This document shows, piece by piece, positions 63,538 to 64,000 of a stretch of DNA of 64,000 bases (positions within the stretch are counted from its first letter, which is position 1; each line of letters starts with the position of its first letter). Made by a program: the position numbers and the translations under genes. Below the pieces are notes generated by a model. The model saw only the letters and a list, made by a program, of their open reading frames with translations. It searched no databases and had not been told where the DNA came from. The stretch spans positions 434,001 to 498,000 of the forward strand of contig NIVC01000284.1 in assembly GCA_002269645.1 (NCBI GenBank), given 5' to 3'. The DNA comes from Macrostomum lignano (lineage: Eukaryota).

Positions 63538-63960
63538 CTTTTATCCCCAAAATATCCTATGGGATACTTGGCGTCTCTTAGATCCATAAAATATCATATG
63601 GGATACCTAGCGTCTCTTAGATCCCCAAAATATCCTATGGGATACCTAGCGTCTCTTAGATCCCCAAAATATCCTATGAAATACTAAGCGTCTCTTAGAT
63701 CCTCAAAATATCCTATGGGATACTTAGCGTCTCTTTTAGATCCCCAAAATATCCCATGGGATACTTAGCGTATCTTAGATCCCCAAAATATCCTATGGGA
63801 TACTTGGCGTCTCTTAGATCCATAAAATATCATATGGGATACCTAGCGTCTTTTAGATCCCCAAAATATCCTATGGGATACTTGGCGTCTTTTAGATCCC
63901 CAAAATATCCTATGGGATACTTAGCGTCTCTTAGATCCCCAAAATATCCTATGCGATATC
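63538..63960. repeat. 39-bp minisatellite (TAGATCCCCAAAATATCCTATGGGATACTTAGCGTCTCT)n, about 11 copies
   Basis: Read directly; the 13-aa periodicity of ORF 63502-63687 agrees. Confidence 0.95.
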
Positions 63961-64000
63961 TAGACTCTCTTCTATTCCCGTTTCCTCATTTTAACCACAA

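Overview
Eukaryotic (metazoan) genomic DNA with spliceosomal introns and very dense tandem repeats. The overall look suggests a free-living flatworm such as Macrostomum, but that is inference only. The left half is an intact nested cholinergic gene locus on the + strand. An intronless VAChT ORF (5291-6997) lies between a putative shared 5' non-coding exon (donor at 3707) and a 13-coding-exon ChAT gene (10349-32240, 676 aa when I splice it by hand with GT-AG junctions and consistent phases). Next come a divergent class A GPCR (+, about 36145-38039) and a 17.5-kb 16-bp satellite with higher-order structure (38203-55750). On the - strand are a 3-exon C3orf38/DUF4518-like gene (56864-59462) and the 3' three exons of a probable MTBP gene (61111-63458). 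Most larger ChAT introns from intron 5 onward, and the larger introns of the other genes, carry their own mini- or microsatellite. The long repetitive ORFs in the track are artefacts of these repeats. No CRISPR array, rRNA or genuine tRNA gene was seen.
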